From an uncultured Clostridia bacterium (GTDB taxonomy: Bacteria; Bacillota; Clostridia; Oscillospirales; JAAYOS01), in contig CANRJS010000002.1 in the NCBI GenBank assembly GCA_947631015.1, positions 1,726 through 65,725 on the forward strand: DNA of 64,000 nt. The letters are read 5' to 3'. Under the pieces are notes generated by a model. The model did not search any database and had not been told where the DNA came from. It saw nothing but the letters and a program-made list of their open reading frames with translations. This document shows, piece by piece, positions 1-10,274 of this stretch. A program made the position numbers and the translations under genes. The first letter of the stretch is position 1. Each line of letters starts with the position of its first letter.

Positions 1-618
1 GCGGTCGTCATGCCGAGCGGCGACAACCACTTCTACGTCGACGGCGTCCCCGCCGACGCGAAGTACGGCAAATTCATCTCGCAGGAGCTCGTCGAGTTCA
101 CACGCAAGAGCTTCCCGCTCTCGCATAGGCGCGAGGACACATTCATCGGCGGCCTCTCGATGGGCGGCTACGGCTCGATAATCAACGCTCTGAACGCGCC
201 CGAGACTTTCGGCGCGGTCTGCGCCCTCTCCTCGGCGCTTATCACCGACGGGCTCACGCAGTACACCGAGAACACCGATATGATATTCACTGACCGCGCT
301 TACTACGAGGCGGCGTTCGGCAAGCTCGAAGCCGTCAAGGGCAGTAACAAGGACTACCACGAGATGGCGCGTCGCGTCGCCGCGTCCGGCACGGAGAAGC
401 CGAAGTTCTTCATGAGTTGCGGCACCGAGGACGGACTTTTCGGCGTCAACGAGGCGTTCATGCACGAGCTGAAGGAGCTCGGCTACGACGTGACGTGGCT
501 CCCCGCCCCCGGCGTCCACGACTGGCTGTTCTGGGACACGCACATCAAAGACGCGCTCGACTGGCTCCCGCTCGGCGAGGAGTCGCAGGGCATAAGCTCG
601 GGGCACGTCTCGGAGTAA
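1..618 (+). CDS. Putative esterase (alpha/beta hydrolase, acetylesterase/tributyrin esterase-like), 5' partial
   Basis: GLSMGG nucleophile elbow, CGTED and GVHDW motifs; frame is open to the window edge. Confidence 0.8.
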   Translation, partial: AVVMPSGDNHFYVDGVPADAKYGKFISQELVEFTRKSFPLSHRREDTFIGGLSMGGYGSIINALNAPETFGAVCALSSALITDGLTQYTENTDMIFTDRAYYEAAFGKLEAVKGSNKDYHEMARRVAASGTEKPKFFMSCGTEDGLFGVNEAFMHELKELGYDVTWLPAPGVHDWLFWDTHIKDALDWLPLGEESQGISSGHVSE

Positions 619-719
619 CTCAACTTTCAATCGCCCAAAACGGACAACGAGTAGCACCGCCGTGATTCGGTATGACGCAAACCCGCCTGTCGACAAAGCC
701 GGAAGGAGGTCATAACAAC

Positions 720-1739
720 ATGAAACGTCCGGTCGCTGTTATTTTGGCCATAGCCATTGCCGGTGCTGTTGCGTTCTGCTTTCTGCGGCCGGTGCCCGGA
801 AAGGTTCAGTTCATCATCGAAGACAAGAGCGATACGGTATACACCTTCACGGAACCACAGCCGTTCAAGCTCTACGGTAAGGACGCCGAGCGCATCGAGG
901 CGGTGTATGAAAGAACTGATTCGTTCAGTAAATACCCTCTACTGGGCTTGGCTCTCAGGTCGGCAGACGGCAGATATTACACGCTCGGTTCATCGGTATA
1001 TGTGAATAGCGAAGAGCATCGGGACCCGGAGATCGAGCATGACTTCTTCACCGAGAGATATGAGAATGGCGGATGGACTGCATGCGACAACATGGAGTGG
1101 TCGGCGAGCGGACCCGGGTTCTTCCTGCCGTTAGGCTATGTTGAAAATGCATTTTCCTCAACCGAGGAGCGGTATTTTGCTTTTCCCCTGAACACCGATA
1201 AGCCGGGCCGGTACAGGATAACATTCTATTTCAGGGACTATATTCCCGCATCTTCCAAGGCGCCGCGCAATGGCGGCTCAAGCGGTGACAGCCTCTACGA
1301 AGCCTCGTTTGAATACGATGTCCCAGGGCACAGTCTGTTTTCCAGGGAGCCGAAGGTGGCGGACTTCTCGATGCTTGATTGGACCGGCGACCTGCGTTAT
1401 GGCGTGGTGGATGGTACATACGCACATATGAGCATGGCGCTGACAAACTGGCGTATAGGCTTCGGCTACCTTCAAGAAGAAGGGAGTGGGATAATGCGGC
1501 GCTCGGAATCCGGCGAGTACGTTCCGGACGACACATTCATCGTAGGGTACGCTCCGCGGGAAAACAACTACTTAGACCCCTCGGATGAAGAAGGCGATTT
1601 CTATGTGCGCGCGCTGACAATGAATCTCCTGAACTGGGAATACGGCGCCGAATATCGCCTGACGCTCGTGTTCACCGAGAACGAGGACGGCACCGGGGAG
1701 GAATGCTCCGTAACGCTGGATCTTCGGTTTGACGAGTGA
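720..1739 (+). CDS. Hypothetical membrane-anchored or exported protein, possibly two tandem Ig-like domains
   Basis: GGAGG RBS before ATG 720; N-terminal hydrophobic helix; two YR(I/L)T beta-strand motifs; followed by a terminator. Confidence 0.65.
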   Translation: MKRPVAVILAIAIAGAVAFCFLRPVPGKVQFIIEDKSDTVYTFTEPQPFKLYGKDAERIEAVYERTDSFSKYPLLGLALRSADGRYYTLGSSVYVNSEEHRDPEIEHDFFTERYENGGWTACDNMEWSASGPGFFLPLGYVENAFSSTEERYFAFPLNTDKPGRYRITFYFRDYIPASSKAPRNGGSSGDSLYEASFEYDVPGHSLFSREPKVADFSMLDWTGDLRYGVVDGTYAHMSMALTNWRIGFGYLQEEGSGIMRRSESGEYVPDDTFIVGYAPRENNYLDPSDEEGDFYVRALTMNLLNWEYGAEYRLTLVFTENEDGTGEECSVTLDLRFDE

Positions 1740-1764
1740 TCGGCGATTATCCGCAGAATACTGA

Positions 1765-1802
1765 AAACCGCCCCGACATTAAAATGTCGGGGCGGCTTTT
1801 TT
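1765..1802 (+). terminator. Intrinsic terminator, likely bidirectional
   Basis: AAAA-CCGCCCCGACATT/AATGTCGGGGCGG-CTTTTTT between convergent genes. Confidence 0.8.
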
Positions 1803-1807
1803 GCTTT

Positions 1808-1930
1808 GAAATGTGCTTCAGTATACTTTATTGTCTCTTTGCACGCTTCCGCGCCTGTTCGCGCGGTTGAAGTTGCTTGCCATAGGCAAGCAACTTCGCG
1901 CAGGGCAATTTATTCGCCCGAGCACATTTC
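1808..1930 (-). repeat. Structured repeat family 1, copy A
   Basis: Aligns with copies at 11429-11555 and 43187-43321; bounded by 10-bp inverted repeat GAAATGTGCT/AGCACATTTC. Confidence 0.75.
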
Positions 1931-1942
1931 GCGCCGACTTTT

Positions 1943-3478
1943 TTACCAGTTCTCAATTCCTCGATACAGATTATGCGGCGCGGGGTCGGCGGCGCTTACG
2001 GCGCCGCGCCGCGCGATAAGCAGGTGCCGCTCGAACGCGAGCGGCGCTATCGGCGCGTTCCGCGAAATGTATCCGTAGAGGTTTTCCGCCGCGGCGGCTA
2101 TGCCGTCCGAGTCCGCCGCGCGGAACGCCGCGAGCAGCGCCGTAAGCTCCTCGTCCGGCTCGCCGCAGAAGTTCAGCGCGCCGCCCGCGCCGAGTATGGA
2201 GTCAAGCGAGAAGTCGGCGGTGAGCTGCGTCTCGCAGAGCGCAACGTCAAAGCTGCCGCGCGCGAGCGTCGCCGCGTAGTCGTCAAAGCCCATGAGCTCG
2301 AGCGTGACGTCTACGCCGAGCTGCCGCCAATCCTCGGAGATGCGCCGCGCCGCCGCCGCTTTGAACGGGTTTTCCTCCGGCGCGATGAGCGTGAGCGCTA
2401 TCCGGCTCCTGCCGAGCGTGAGGAACCCTTCGTCGTCCGGCTCAGCGCCGAGCGCTTCGAGCGCGGACGCGGCCTCGGCAAAGCGCGGCGCGGCGTCCGC
2501 CTCCGCGCCCAATGCGGACGCGGGGCTCGCGGGGAGGTTCGTGGCGTCCGCCGCGCCCGCGAGGTCGGCGGCGGCGATCTCCGGGCGGTTCACCGCCCCG
2601 GCGAGCGCCGCGCGCACCGGCGCGGACAGCCTGCCGCCGTTGAAGCACAGGTAGAGCATATTCGGCGTGAAGCGGCTCCACTCCTCGAAGTTGCCGCCGT
2701 AGTCGAGGTTGTCGGTGTCGGTCGGGTCGCTCGAGGCGGCGCTGACCGTCCCCTGCTCGAAGCTCGATACCATCAGCTCGCCCTCGGGAATGTCCACAAG
2801 CTCAATGCGCGGAAGACTCGCCGCGCCGCGCCGCGAGTCGGAGACGCGGAGGTACCCGCCGTCCTCGGTTTTTACGAAGGTGTAGAGGCCGGTACCGGGC
2901 GGGGCGGAGTCCTCCGCGCTGCCGGCGCGTATCACTGGCGTGTCAAGCAGCAGCTCTAGCCGCCCGGTCGCGCCGTTTGTCGCTATGGAAAGCGTCCTGT
3001 CGTCTATCGTCATGACCGAGCGCACGGGGCGCAAGCGCGCCGCGTATAGGTCGGTGTTCCGCGCGAGCTCGAGGGAGTAGACAACGTCGGCGGCGGTGAG
3101 CGGTTCTCCGTCGCTCATCTTGACGCCGCTGCGGAGCGTTACCGTCCACACCTCGCCCTCGTGCGATATTTCCTCGCAGAGCACCGGCTCCGCCTCGTAG
3201 TCCGGCGTGACCTCGAAAAGTCCCTCGTACATCAGCGGAGCGAGCTCGAGGTTCAGGCGGTTGGTGCCGGTTATCGGATTCAGAGACGCGGTGGAGCTGT
3301 ACGCCACGCCGAAAGCCTCTACCGACGCGGGGCCGCCCGGCAGGACTATCCCCGCAGACGGGGACGGCTCCTCCGGCGTGACCTCCACAAGTGTGTCGGT
3401 GATGTCCTCACCGCCCTCGCACCCCGCGCACGCCACGAGGACGGCGAGCGCGAGCAGCAGCGACGCGGCGCGCCTCAC
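1943..3478 (-). CDS. ABC transporter substrate-binding lipoprotein, family 5 (OppA/DppA-like)
   Basis: Lipobox-like signal, LRSGVKMSDGEPLTAADVVYS family-5 motif; GTG overlaps the pgeF stop. Confidence 0.8.
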   Translation of the reverse strand: MRRAASLLLALAVLVACAGCEGGEDITDTLVEVTPEEPSPSAGIVLPGGPASVEAFGVAYSSTASLNPITGTNRLNLELAPLMYEGLFEVTPDYEAEPVLCEEISHEGEVWTVTLRSGVKMSDGEPLTAADVVYSLELARNTDLYAARLRPVRSVMTIDDRTLSIATNGATGRLELLLDTPVIRAGSAEDSAPPGTGLYTFVKTEDGGYLRVSDSRRGAASLPRIELVDIPEGELMVSSFEQGTVSAASSDPTDTDNLDYGGNFEEWSRFTPNMLYLCFNGGRLSAPVRAALAGAVNRPEIAAADLAGAADATNLPASPASALGAEADAAPRFAEAASALEALGAEPDDEGFLTLGRSRIALTLIAPEENPFKAAAARRISEDWRQLGVDVTLELMGFDDYAATLARGSFDVALCETQLTADFSLDSILGAGGALNFCGEPDEELTALLAAFRAADSDGIAAAAENLYGYISRNAPIAPLAFERHLLIARRGAVSAADPAPHNLYRGIENW

Positions 3479-4284
3479 CGTTCCGCCCTCCCCGGCATTA
3501 TCACCGCGCCCTGAACGCCGCGACGGTCGCCCGTGCGGCGGTGGGAGAAGAAATACTCCGGCTCGCACATGGTGCAGTGCGTGTCGAGGTCTATGTTTTC
3601 CGCGCGCAGTCCCGCGCGCACAAGTTCTGTAAAGTTCAGCATGCCGAGGTCGGGGAAAAACTTCTCCCCGCGCTTAGGGCAGAGCGGCGCGGCGGCGTCT
3701 CCGAAGCGGCGCGCCATCGCCTCCGCGACCTCCGGGGCGGTCTCGAAGCGGTCCCGCGAGATGTGCGGCCCTATCGCCGCGACGAGGCGGCGCGGCTCCG
3801 CGCCGTACTCCTCCGCGAGCCGTTCCACGGCGCGTCCCGCTATACCCGCGGCGGTGCCGCGCCATCCCGCGTGGACGGCGGCGGCCGCGCCGCTAACCGG
3901 GTCGAATATCAGCACCGGCGTGCAGTCCGCTACGAATACCATCAGCGCGAGCGCCGTGCGGTCGCTTATGACTCCGTCCGCGTCCGGACGGTCGGGGCGG
4001 AAAAGCCCCTCCCCCGCGTCCGCGCGACGGACTGTCGACGAATGTACCTGACGGCTCATGACTACGTTTTCGCGCGAAAAGCCTACGGCCTCCGCAAGGA
4101 GGTCGTAGTTTTTATACACGTTTTCCGGGTCGTCTCCGCAGGATATGCGGAGATTCAGCGAGGCATATTCTCCCCCGCTCACGCCGCTGCGCCGCGTTGT
4201 GAAGGCGTGGCGCGCGCCGACTTCCCGCAGCTTGTCGCTTACGAGCAGGGTAAGACCCCGCTCCTGTATCATACGGAGCGCCAT
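3475..4284 (-). CDS. pgeF: PgeF/YfiH (YlmD) family peptidoglycan editing factor / purine nucleoside phosphorylase
   Basis: QVHS, ADC, HAGWRG and FFSHRR motifs. Confidence 0.9.
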   Translation of the reverse strand: MALRMIQERGLTLLVSDKLREVGARHAFTTRRSGVSGGEYASLNLRISCGDDPENVYKNYDLLAEAVGFSRENVVMSRQVHSSTVRRADAGEGLFRPDRPDADGVISDRTALALMVFVADCTPVLIFDPVSGAAAAVHAGWRGTAAGIAGRAVERLAEEYGAEPRRLVAAIGPHISRDRFETAPEVAEAMARRFGDAAAPLCPKRGEKFFPDLGMLNFTELVRAGLRAENIDLDTHCTMCEPEYFFSHRRTGDRRGVQGAVIMPGRAER

Positions 4285-7070
4285 CAGTCTGCGTCTTTAC
4301 CGGCGTTCTGCACGGACGGAGCGCCGTTCGGGTATCTGCCGTGGCATTTCTTGTACTTGAGACCGCTGCCGCAGGGGCAGGGCTCGTTCGGGCCTATCTT
4401 CTTTCCGACACGCACCGGCGCGCGGGTGACGGTCTTTGCCGCCTTCGCCGTCGAGGGGAAGTTCCCGTGGGACGCCTCGGTGGGCTTCGCCACCGCCTGA
4501 CGCTTAGGCTGTTCGCGCGTGATGCGGACGGTAAGGATATACTTCGGCGTGTCCTCGCGTATCGAGGCTATCATCTCGTCGAACATATCCATGCCCTCGC
4601 GCTTGTACTCGTTCTTCGGGTCGACCTGCGCGTATGCGCGGAGGCCGATGCCCTGGCGGAGCTCCTGCATCGCGTCGATGTGATCCATCCAGCGGTTGTC
4701 GACCGTGCGGAGAAGTATTACACGCTCGAGCTCGCGCATATTCTCGGAGCCTATCTCCGCCTCGCGGCGCTCGTATGCCTCGTGGCCGCGCCGCTTGAGG
4801 AATTCCTCAAGCTCGCTCTTGCTCTGTCCCTCGAACTTCAGCTCGCCCTTCTCGAGGAATATCTGCTCGTACTTGACGGCAAGCTCCTCGACCTGGTACG
4901 CCTCCGGCGCCTTCTCGTCGCCGACGGCAGCGGCGACCGACGCCTCGATGCTCGAGTCGAGCATCGAGAGTATCGAACGCTTGAGGTCGTGGCCGTCAAG
5001 CACCTCGTAGCGCTGCTTGTATATCATCTCGCGCTGCTGGTTCATAACGTCGTCGTATTCGAGGACGTTCCGGCGTGTCTGGTAGTGGCGGCTCTCTATG
5101 CGCTTCTGCGCGGACTCTATCGCGCCGCTCAGCATCTTCTGGTCGAGCGGCGTGTCATCGTCGACGCCCATGCGGCTCATCATCATGTCTATCCGCTCCG
5201 AGCCGAAGAGGCGCATCAAGTCGTCCTCGAGGGAGATATAGAACCGGCTGCTTCCCGGGTCGCCCTGACGTCCGGAACGTCCGCGGAGCTGGTTGTCTAT
5301 GCGCCGCGCCTCGTGGCGCTCGGTGCCGATGACGAAAAGTCCGCCCGCCTCGCGGACCTTCTCCGCCTCGTCCTTTATCTCCTCCTCGAAGCGGCTTACA
5401 AGCTCGGTAAACTTCTCCCGCGCCTCAAGTATCTCCTCGTTGTCGGTGGCTCCGTGTCCGTCCGCCTCGGCGACGGCCTCGTCGGAATATCCCTGCTTGC
5501 GGAGCTCGTGGCGCGCCATGTACTCGGCGTTTCCGCCGAGGATGATGTCGGTACCGCGTCCCGCCATGTTCGTCGCTATCGTCACCGCGCCGAACTTGCC
5601 AGCCTGCGCGATGATATCCGCTTCCTTGTCGTGATATTTCGCGTTGAGGACGTTGTGCTTGATACCGGTGCGCTTCAGCATCGCGCTCAGCTCCTCGCTC
5701 TTTTCTATCGAGACGGTGCCGACGAGCACCGGCTGTCCCTTCGCGTGGCACTCCTTTATCTGCTCGACGATGGCGCGGAGCTTCGCAGCCTGCGTCCGGT
5801 AGACGACGTCCGGCAGGTCCTCGCGTATCATCGGCTTGTTCGTGGGTACCTCGACAATGTCAAGCTTGTATATCTCCCCGAACTCCTCCTCCTCGGTCTT
5901 GGCGGTGCCGGTCATGCCGGAGAGCTTGTCATACATGCGGAAGAAGTTCTGGAAGGTTATCGTCGCGAGCGTCTTGCTCTCGCGCTCGACCTTCACGCCC
6001 TCCTTCGCCTCTATCGCCTGATGCAGTCCGTCCGAATAGCGCCGCCCGAACATCATGCGGCCGGTGAACTCGTCGACTATGATGACCTCGCCGTCCTTAA
6101 CGACGTAGTCCACGTCGCGCTTCATCAGACCGTTTGCGCGTATCGCCTGATTGATGTGGTGAGAAATTGTAGAGTTCTCCGGGTCGGACAGGTTCTCGAG
6201 CCCGAAGAAGCGCTCCGCCTTCCGTGCGCCCGCTTCGGTGAGCGTGACCGTCCTCGCCTTTTCGTCGACGATGTAGTCGCCGCCGAGGTCTTCGTCGGCA
6301 AAGGTCTTGCTGTCCTGCTCCTTTATGCGGACGCAGGTGAGGCGTTTTGCAAACGAGTCCGCCTGAGCGTAGAGGTCGGTCGATTCGTCCCCCTGTCCCG
6401 AGATTATGAGCGGGGTGCGCGCCTCGTCTATGAGTATCGAGTCGACCTCGTCGACGATGGCAAAGTGGTGGCCGCGCTGGACCATATTCTCCTTGTATAT
6501 CGCCATATTGTCGCGGAGATAGTCGAAGCCGAACTCATTGTTCGTGCCGTAGGTGATGTCCGCGTCGTAGCTCGGCTTGCGCTTGTCCGGGTCGATGTCG
6601 TGAATGACGAGGCCGAGCGACATTCCGAGGAAGCGGTAGAGCTTCTCGAGCATCTCGCCCTGGTACTTCGCGAGGTAGTCGTTGACCGTTACGACGTGGA
6701 CGCCCTTGCCCTCGAGCGCGTTCAGATACGCCGCGAGCGGCGCGATGTAGGTCTTGCCCTCACCGGTCTTCATCTCGGCGATGCGTCCCTGATGCAGGAC
6801 TATTCCGCCGAGCAGCTGTACGCGGAACTGCCGCTTTCCGAGCACTCGGCGGCTCGCTTCGCGCACGGTCGCGAACGCCTCGACGAGCAGGTCGTCAAGC
6901 GTCTCTCCCTTCGCAAGGCGCTCTTTGAACTCCTTTGTCTTGCCGGAGAGCTGCTCGTCCGTAAGCTTCATGTACTCCGGCTCAAGCGCCTCAATAGCGT
7001 CAACTATCGGATAAAGCTTTTTAAGCTCGCGGTCGTTCTGCGAGCCGAATATTTTAGTAAAGATACCCAT
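4284..7070 (-). CDS. secA: Preprotein translocase ATPase SecA
   Basis: [28 protein letters not shown]-terminal [14 protein letters not shown]. Confidence 0.98.
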   Translation of the reverse strand: MGIFTKIFGSQNDRELKKLYPIVDAIEALEPEYMKLTDEQLSGKTKEFKERLAKGETLDDLLVEAFATVREASRRVLGKRQFRVQLLGGIVLHQGRIAEMKTGEGKTYIAPLAAYLNALEGKGVHVVTVNDYLAKYQGEMLEKLYRFLGMSLGLVIHDIDPDKRKPSYDADITYGTNNEFGFDYLRDNMAIYKENMVQRGHHFAIVDEVDSILIDEARTPLIISGQGDESTDLYAQADSFAKRLTCVRIKEQDSKTFADEDLGGDYIVDEKARTVTLTEAGARKAERFFGLENLSDPENSTISHHINQAIRANGLMKRDVDYVVKDGEVIIVDEFTGRMMFGRRYSDGLHQAIEAKEGVKVERESKTLATITFQNFFRMYDKLSGMTGTAKTEEEEFGEIYKLDIVEVPTNKPMIREDLPDVVYRTQAAKLRAIVEQIKECHAKGQPVLVGTVSIEKSEELSAMLKRTGIKHNVLNAKYHDKEADIIAQAGKFGAVTIATNMAGRGTDIILGGNAEYMARHELRKQGYSDEAVAEADGHGATDNEEILEAREKFTELVSRFEEEIKDEAEKVREAGGLFVIGTERHEARRIDNQLRGRSGRQGDPGSSRFYISLEDDLMRLFGSERIDMMMSRMGVDDDTPLDQKMLSGAIESAQKRIESRHYQTRRNVLEYDDVMNQQREMIYKQRYEVLDGHDLKRSILSMLDSSIEASVAAAVGDEKAPEAYQVEELAVKYEQIFLEKGELKFEGQSKSELEEFLKRRGHEAYERREAEIGSENMRELERVILLRTVDNRWMDHIDAMQELRQGIGLRAYAQVDPKNEYKREGMDMFDEMIASIREDTPKYILTVRITREQPKRQAVAKPTEASHGNFPSTAKAAKTVTRAPVRVGKKIGPNEPCPCGSGLKYKKCHGRYPNGAPSVQNAGKDAD

Positions 7071-7315
7071 TTGGCAACGCTCCTTTCTGCCCTGCGCTCA
7101 GCGCATGACAATACAGTGTATAGTATAGCACACCCATGCGCCGAATTAAAGTTGAATTTATGAACAAACGCAAAATTTTTCTTTACAAGGCGGCGCGTTT
7201 CAGTTATACTTAAAAGGCTATGGAACCGATGAGGAGACTTCGTTTTATGAGGATTTGAGCCGGCACAAAGAGAATACGACACCGTATGCCGAACATTTGA
7301 AAGGATGGAACTCTC

Positions 7316-8440
7316 TTGCTGATAGAATTTGACGAATATAAGCAGAAGCTTGCGGCTCTCGCGCCGCGTCTCGACGAGCTCGGGAAGGCTCTCGGGCTGG
7401 ACGCGGCAAAGAAGGAGCTCGAGGAGCTCGAGGAGCTTGCGGCGTCGGACGGCTTCTGGAACGACATCGAGCACTCGCAGAAGGTCCTTCAGCGCACAAA
7501 GCAGCTCCGCGACAAGATAGCGGGCTATAATAAGCTGAAAAGCATGCACGACGACGCGGTGACGCTCTGCGAGCTCGCCGTCGAGATGGATGACGACAGC
7601 CTCATTGACGAGCTGCGCGAGCAGTACGCCGCGCTCGAAAAGGACCTCGAGGAGGCGACGCTTTCGACCCTCCTCAACGGCGAGTATGACCACAACAACG
7701 CCATCCTCACCTTCCACGCCGGCGCGGGCGGTACCGAGGCGCAGGACTGGGCGCAGATGCTTTTCCGCATGTACACCCGCTGGGCAGAGCGCCACGGCTA
7801 CAAGTGTACGACGCTTGACTACCTTGACGGAGACGAGGCCGGCCTCAAGAGCGCTACCATCTCGATAGAGGGCGAGAACGCCTACGGCTACCTCAAGGGC
7901 GAGAACGGCGTCCACCGCCTCGTGCGCGTGAGCCCGTTCGACGCGGCGGGACGCCGCCACACCTCCTTTGCCGCGCTCGAGGTCATGCCCGAGATAGACG
8001 ACAATGAGGAGATAGAGATACGCGACGAGGATCTGAAGGTCGACACCTACCGCTCCTCCGGCGCGGGCGGTCAGCACATCAACAAGACCGAGAGCGCGAT
8101 ACGCATAACGCATATCCCCTCCGGCGTGGTCGTGAGCTGTCAGACCGAGCGCAGCCAGCACCAGAACCGCGAGTACGCCATGCGCATGCTCCGCGCGAAG
8201 CTCGCCGAGATAAAGGAGCGCGAACATCTCGACCGAATTGACGACATCAAGGGCGTCCAGATGAAGATAGAGTGGGGCAGTCAGATCCGCTCCTACGTCT
8301 TTATGCCCTACACTCTCGCGAAGGACCACCGCACGAACTTCGAGAACGGCAACATCAACGCCGTCATGGACGGCGACCTCGACGGATTCATCAACGCGTA
8401 CCTTCGCGCGCTTGCCACCGGCGAGCTTATCAAGAAATAA
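7316..8440 (+). CDS. prfB: Peptide chain release factor 2, uninterrupted frame
   Basis: SPF tripeptide and GGQ motif; TTG start. Confidence 0.95.
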   Translation: MLIEFDEYKQKLAALAPRLDELGKALGLDAAKKELEELEELAASDGFWNDIEHSQKVLQRTKQLRDKIAGYNKLKSMHDDAVTLCELAVEMDDDSLIDELREQYAALEKDLEEATLSTLLNGEYDHNNAILTFHAGAGGTEAQDWAQMLFRMYTRWAERHGYKCTTLDYLDGDEAGLKSATISIEGENAYGYLKGENGVHRLVRVSPFDAAGRRHTSFAALEVMPEIDDNEEIEIRDEDLKVDTYRSSGAGGQHINKTESAIRITHIPSGVVVSCQTERSQHQNREYAMRMLRAKLAEIKEREHLDRIDDIKGVQMKIEWGSQIRSYVFMPYTLAKDHRTNFENGNINAVMDGDLDGFINAYLRALATGELIKK

Positions 8441-8464
8441 TTTGTGCTGCGGCAAAAAAATCTC

Positions 8465-8493
8465 TTGAAATGCCGCGCCGCTTGTGGTATACT
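8465..8493 (+). promoter_or_regulatory. Sigma-A promoter of secG
   Basis: TTGAAA-17-TATACT with extended -10 TG. Confidence 0.7.
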
Positions 8494-8535
8494 GTTAGAT
8501 ACTGCGGAATAGAATAATATTTGGAGGCGTTTGTT

Positions 8536-8766
8536 TTGAAACTCGTTTTTACGATCATTCAGGTGCTCGCGAGCCTGTTCCTTATCGCGGTCGTCCTTCT
8601 CCAGAGCGGTAAGCGCTCCGGCCTCAGCGGCGCTATTTCCGGCGTTGCGGATACCTTCCTTGCCAAGAACCAGGCAAAGACGTGGGATGCGCGCCTCGCC
8701 AAAATGACGACCTGGGTGGCTATCCTCTTCATCGTCCTCACGCTCGCGATAAACCTCATCCCGTAA
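8536..8766 (+). CDS. secG: Preprotein translocase subunit SecG
   Basis: Two TM helices, VLLQSGKRSGLSGAISG; GGAGG RBS. Confidence 0.9.
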   Translation: MKLVFTIIQVLASLFLIAVVLLQSGKRSGLSGAISGVADTFLAKNQAKTWDARLAKMTTWVAILFIVLTLAINLIP

Positions 8767-8784
8767 ATCAAACCTCAGTAACGG

Positions 8785-8884
8785 AAAGCGGAGCCTCACG
8801 GCTCCGCTTTTTCAGTCTGTCCCGTCTTTTGCCGCAAGCGCACAAAAGACCGGCAAGGCCTTATCGGCCTTGCCGGTCTTTTTG
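8785..8884. terminator. Two hairpin terminators between convergent secG and abrB
   Basis: AAAGCGGAGCC/GGCTCCGCTTTT and AAAAGACCGGCAAGGCC/GGCCTTGCCGGTCTTTT. Confidence 0.7.
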
Positions 8885-8977
8885 TTACATGGCTGAACAC
8901 CCATAAAAACGGGTACAAAACACAGTGCGAACGCGGGTACCCGTTCGCGCCATGCTTTTCGTCCGTTTTTCGAAGCG

Positions 8978-9217
8978 CTATTTTGCAAGCTCCTCCAGGC
9001 AGGACTTGCAGACAAGCTTGCCCTTAAACTCGGTAAGCGAGCTGTCCGCCCCGCAGAACACACAGCGGTCGCTGTGCTTCCGCAGAATAATGTTTTCACC
9101 GTCCACATAGATTTCAAGCGGGTCCTTCTCCGCTATCTCCAGCGTTCGGCGCAGCTCGATCGGCAGCACGACCCGTCCGAGCTCATCTACTTTCCTGACG
9201 ATTCCGGTAGTCTTCAT
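8978..9217 (-). CDS. abrB: AbrB family transition-state regulator
   Basis: MKTTGIVRKVDELGRVVLPIELRRTL; C-terminal CxxC..CxxC. Confidence 0.92.
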   Translation of the reverse strand: MKTTGIVRKVDELGRVVLPIELRRTLEIAEKDPLEIYVDGENIILRKHSDRCVFCGADSSLTEFKGKLVCKSCLEELAK

Positions 9218-9262
9218 TCCGCATAGCTCCTTAGTCTTAATGCCGGTACATGGTAAATAACT

Positions 9263-9315
9263 TGTCGAAAACAACCGTACCTTTACATTATATTGTTCAC
9301 AATTTGAGTTGTCAA
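9263..9315 (-). promoter_or_regulatory. abrB sigma-A promoter with downstream Spo0A box
   Basis: TTGACA-17-TATAAT (9315-9287); TGTCGAA 0A box at 9263-9269. Confidence 0.75.
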
Positions 9316-9383
9316 CAACTTTTTTCATTTTTTGGCAAAAATGCATAGTTTTTTTGTATTCCCTTCGTTTGAGGTGGTAAAAT

Positions 9384-10274
9384 TTGGTGATTGATACGGT
9401 CTGGCTCCTGCTGATTATCTGTTCCGTCGTGTTCGGCGCGGCGAACGGGCGTCTCGGCGACGTGAGCGCCGCCGCGCTCGACGGCGCGAAGACTGCGGTC
9501 GAGCTCTCCATCTCTCTTGCCGGCACGCTCTGCCTCTGGAACGGCGTGCTGGAGGTCATGCAGCGCGCCGGGCTTGACCGCGCGCTCGCCCGCGCGGCGC
9601 GCCCGCTGCTCGGGCGTCTCCTGCCGGACATCCGCTCGGACGACGAGGCGCTCGGCGCGGTCTCCGCAAACCTCTCCGCAAACCTCCTCGGGCTCGGTAA
9701 CGCCGCGACGCCGCTCGGCATCCGCGCCGCGTCTCTGATGGCGCGCGGTGAACGCGCTACCGACTCGCTCTGCACCTTCGTCGTGATGAACACGGCGTCG
9801 CTCCAGCTCGTACCGGCGACGATTGCGGCACTGAGGGCGTCGCTCGGCGCGAAGTCGCCGTTTGACATTCTCCCCGCCGTGTGGTGCTCGAGCGCCGTAG
9901 CGCTCGCGGCGGGGCTCGCGGCGGACCGGCTTTTCCGCCGCATCGGACGGCGGCGGGGCAAAAAGGGCGATGACGGCTCTGTGCCTTCCCCGCGCCGGTA
10001 CGAAAGGAGCGCGGCAGAAGCGGGCATGTCCAAGCGCGGTGGGGACCCCGGCACGCCTGGCTCCGATACTTCGGACGGCGGCGCAGAGCATCCGGTCGGG
10101 CACGAAGCCGAATCCTCCGGCGCGGCGCACGGCAAACATGCGGCGGCGTCCCGGCGCGGCGGAGCTGCTGTCCGCCCCGCCCCCGCGCGGAACCGGTGCG
10201 GCGCGCAATCCGCGTGGAACGCGCGTCGTGCGTCAGAAGTTCCGGCTCGCGGCGCGGGAGAGATTTCACCGTGA
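9384..10274 (+). CDS. spmA: Spore maturation protein A with long low-complexity C-terminal tail
   Basis: LWNGVL, ANLLGLGNAATPLG, NTASLQLVPAT. Confidence 0.85.
   Translation: MVIDTVWLLLIICSVVFGAANGRLGDVSAAALDGAKTAVELSISLAGTLCLWNGVLEVMQRAGLDRALARAARPLLGRLLPDIRSDDEALGAVSANLSANLLGLGNAATPLGIRAASLMARGERATDSLCTFVVMNTASLQLVPATIAALRASLGAKSPFDILPAVWCSSAVALAAGLAADRLFRRIGRRRGKKGDDGSVPSPRRYERSAAEAGMSKRGGDPGTPGSDTSDGGAEHPVGHEAESSGAAHGKHAAASRRGGAAVRPAPARNRCGAQSAWNARRASEVPARGAGEISP

Noticed and set aside
1765-1802. Shared stem CCGCCCCGAC/GTCGGGGCGG with the hairpin at 48704-48740 as a mobile repeat
   Set aside because: Both are adequately explained as terminators; similarity is limited to an 11-bp stem.
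4341-7163. 940-aa plus-strand ORF and similar long ORFs (11892-14180, 20327-22705, 32044-35022, 48734-52048, 56924-59068)
   Set aside because: They are antisense shadows of well-supported genes in a GC-rich genome and show no recognisable motifs.
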